Notes under the pieces: generated by a model
The model's input: only the letters and a program-made list of their open reading frames with translations
Databases searched by the model: none
What the model was told of the DNA's origin: nothing
Translations under genes and position numbers: made by a program
Source of the DNA: a virus
DNA length: 41,546 nucleotides
Virus record (IMG/VR): IMGVR_UViG_3300035684_000007
Location: 1-41,546 of that record
Strand: one strand, 5' to 3'
Shown here: in pieces, positions 39,661-41,546 of the stretch
How positions within the stretch are numbered: the first letter of the stretch is position 1
How the letters are laid out: every line of letters begins with the position of its first letter

Positions 39661-39838
39661 CAGACAGGCTGCTCACGGAAGAGCACCACCTCTCTCACGG
39701 ATGAGAGAGGAAAAGTCGACCGATGGCATCGTGTGATGTCTTCGGCAGCCTCGGTTCTCCGACCGGGGTCGTAACAGGCGTGGTCCCGGTCCTGGCCGAT
39801 CACGGGACGCCATTTGAGAGAGTTGGAGTAGGGATTCA

Positions 39839-40183
39839 ATGAATCGGGATCAGTTCGCAAAACACTGCGAAGTTCTGCTTTCTGCCGTGAGCAACAAGCT
39901 TTCGGCCTATCTGAACGCGCTCCCAGATGATGGCTTGGTCTGTGTCCACCTAGCTGAGAACGTTCTCCTGAACCTGCTTGCAGACCTTGTGCTGGAATCG
40001 ACTTCCTCGCATCAGTCCCGGAAGGCCTACTTCGAAGCCCTGGGGATGAAGCTTGCGAGGCTTGAGACCACGCTTGGGGAGATTGTGCTTTTCAAGGCGG
40101 ACCTCCGTCCGAAAGGGAAGGGGAAGTCCAAGTCGAAGGGGATACCCAAAGCCCGGGCACCGCTTGCTGATGGGGTTCACTGA
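39839..40183 (+). CDS. Hypothetical protein upstream of terS
   Basis: The 114-aa ORF has a GGAGTAGGG ribosome-binding site, and its stop overlaps the terS start. Confidence 0.5.
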   Translation: MNRDQFAKHCEVLLSAVSNKLSAYLNALPDDGLVCVHLAENVLLNLLADLVLESTSSHQSRKAYFEALGMKLARLETTLGEIVLFKADLRPKGKGKSKSKGIPKARAPLADGVH

Positions 40184-40800
40184 TGAGTGAAAAGAAGCCT
40201 CTCTCATCGAAGCGAAAGCCGCTCGAGCTCACCGAGAAGAAGAAGCGATTCGTTGCCGAGTACCTGGTCGATCGCAACCAGACCCAGGCTGCGATCCGCG
40301 CCGGCTATTCTCCCAAGACCGCAAATGAGCAGGCCTCCCGACTCATGACCCAGAAGGCAGTCAAGGCAGCCATTCGGGCCGGATCCAAAGCCCAGGAGAA
40401 GAGGACTCGGATCACGGCTGACCGGGTACTTCGCGAGCTTGCTCACATCGCGTTCCTGGATATCCGCCGCGCCTACGAGGAGAACGGCAGCCTGAAGAAC
40501 ATCCACGCCATGCCGGCAACGGTTGCACGCGCCATCGCCGCGGTCGAGACCGACGACCTCTTTGAGGGCTCAGGCCAGGACCGCTTCCATATCGGCCAAA
40601 CGAAGAAGCTCAAGCTCAACGACAAAGTCCGGGCACTCGAGCTCCTGGGTAAATACTTCAAGATGTTTACCGACAAGATCGAGGTTGAGGATTCCTCAGG
40701 TCTGGGGGCTCTCCTGAAAGAGGCGCGTGAACGTGTTGCCAAGGCCAAGGCTGAGCTTGAAGCAGATCAGCCTGAAGCCGAAGAAGGGGTGGACGCCTGA
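40183..40800 (+). CDS. terS: Terminase small subunit (Terminase_2-type)
   Basis: KKKRFVAEYLVDRNQTQAAIRAGYSPKTANEQASRLMTQKAVKAAI is the classic HTH of this family. It sits directly upstream of terL with an ATGA overlap. Confidence 0.85.
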   Translation: MSEKKPLSSKRKPLELTEKKKRFVAEYLVDRNQTQAAIRAGYSPKTANEQASRLMTQKAVKAAIRAGSKAQEKRTRITADRVLRELAHIAFLDIRRAYEENGSLKNIHAMPATVARAIAAVETDDLFEGSGQDRFHIGQTKKLKLNDKVRALELLGKYFKMFTDKIEVEDSSGLGALLKEARERVAKAKAELEADQPEAEEGVDA

Positions 40801-41546
40801 TGGCCAAATCCCCCCTGAAGCTCAGCAATCCAAGTGAGCTCGAACTGATCCGGGCCATGGGATCCTTTCAGAAAGACCCCTACGGCTGGGTCATGTATTC
40901 GTTTCCTTGGGGCAAGGGTGAGCTCCAGCATTTCACGGGGCCCGAAGCCTGGCAGAAGGAGCTCCTGATTGCGGTTGGTGAGGGGCTTCTCACTGTCAAC
41001 GAGGTCATCCAGATTGCGGTTCGCGCCGGCCACGGGATCGGCAAGTCGGCACTCGTCTCCTGGCTCATCCTCTGGTCGATCTCGACCTTCGAGGACACCA
41101 AAGGGGTTGTGACCGCCAACACTGCCCGTCAGCTTGAGACCAAGACCTGGCCTGAAGTGGCCAAGTGGCATAGGCTCTTCATCGCCTCCCATTGGTTCGT
41201 TTACACGGCGACCGCGATCTATTCCGCTGATCCTGCCCACCAGAAGACTTGGAGGATCGACGCGATCACCTGGTCGGATACCAATACCGAGGCCTTCGCA
41301 GGTCTCCACAACCAGGGCAAGCGCATCGTCCTGATCTTCGATGAGGCTTCAGCAATCTCGGACGCCGTCTGGGAAGTAGCCGAAGGGGCACTCTCCGACA
41401 AGGACACGGAGATCATCTGGGCGGCCTTTGGAAACCCGACAAGGAAGACCGGCCGCTTTGCCGCCTGCTTCAAGAAGCTTAGGCACCGCTGGATCAACCG
41501 CACGATCGACTCCCGAACCGTGAAGCACACGAACAAGCTTCAGATC
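40800..41546 (+). CDS. terL: Terminase large subunit, N-terminal (ATPase) part; the ORF runs off the window end and continues at base 2/128
   Basis: This ORF is not in the track because it has no stop in the window. My own translation gives MAKSPLKLSN... with Walker A RAGHGIGKS and Walker B RIVLIFDEAS. It is open through 41546 in exact codon phase. Confidence 0.85.
   Translation, partial: MAKSPLKLSNPSELELIRAMGSFQKDPYGWVMYSFPWGKGELQHFTGPEAWQKELLIAVGEGLLTVNEVIQIAVRAGHGIGKSALVSWLILWSISTFEDTKGVVTANTARQLETKTWPEVAKWHRLFIASHWFVYTATAIYSADPAHQKTWRIDAITWSDTNTEAFAGLHNQGKRIVLIFDEASAISDAVWEVAEGALSDKDTEIIWAAFGNPTRKTGRFAACFKKLRHRWINRTIDSRTVKHTNKLQI
41420..41546. repeat. Terminal direct repeat, copy 2 (identical to 1-127)
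   Basis: See copy 1. Confidence 0.95.

Larger units (their letters stand above)
1..41546. mobile_element. Complete temperate podovirus-like phage genome (circular contig, unique length 41,419 bp)
   Basis: The 127-nt terminal overlap closes the circle. A full virion, lysis, lysogeny (repressor/xis/int/attP) and early gene set is present, with no flanking host genes. Confidence 0.85.

Overview
The window is a complete temperate phage genome assembled as a circle. Bases 1-127 are identical to 41420-41546, so the unique length is 41,419 bp, and the large-terminase gene runs off the right end and continues at the left end. About half the genome (40183 -> wrap -> 20647, plus strand) is a T7-order, BPP-1-flavoured podovirus virion module: terS, terL, portal, Bbp19-like, scaffold, major capsid, Bbp16-like cement, gp11-like adaptor, gp12-like nozzle, three internal virion proteins, a 2204-aa ejection protein and a tail fibre with a collar-type C-terminus. 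Next come a PagL-like lipid A deacylase moron and a lysis region (small membrane proteins, GH24 endolysin) interrupted by an HNH homing endonuclease. A more AT-rich accessory and lysogeny island follows (23.9-28.5 kb). It holds an HTH-DUF4423 protein, a DUF4258 toxin / MqsA-like antitoxin / STAS-like (DUF4325) triad, a divergent CI-like/Cro-like switch with nested palindromic operators, and a PD-(D/E)xK nuclease flanked by a conserved hairpin repeat. After that are excisionase, tyrosine integrase and a structured attP carrying the 3-prime part of a tRNA-Arg(UCU)-like gene. A long early operon of small, translationally coupled genes follows (J-domain protein, initiator-like protein with an embedded ori-like repeat cluster, many unknowns). 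It ends with an untracked small lipoprotein ORF and a strong intrinsic terminator. A minus-strand two-gene cassette (RHH-like protein plus a DUF2829/Tad2-like fusion) lies just upstream of the packaging genes. I saw no rRNA, complete tRNA, CRISPR array, reverse transcriptase/DGR or phage DNA polymerase/helicase. All family assignments come from reading motifs by eye and need HMM or structure confirmation.
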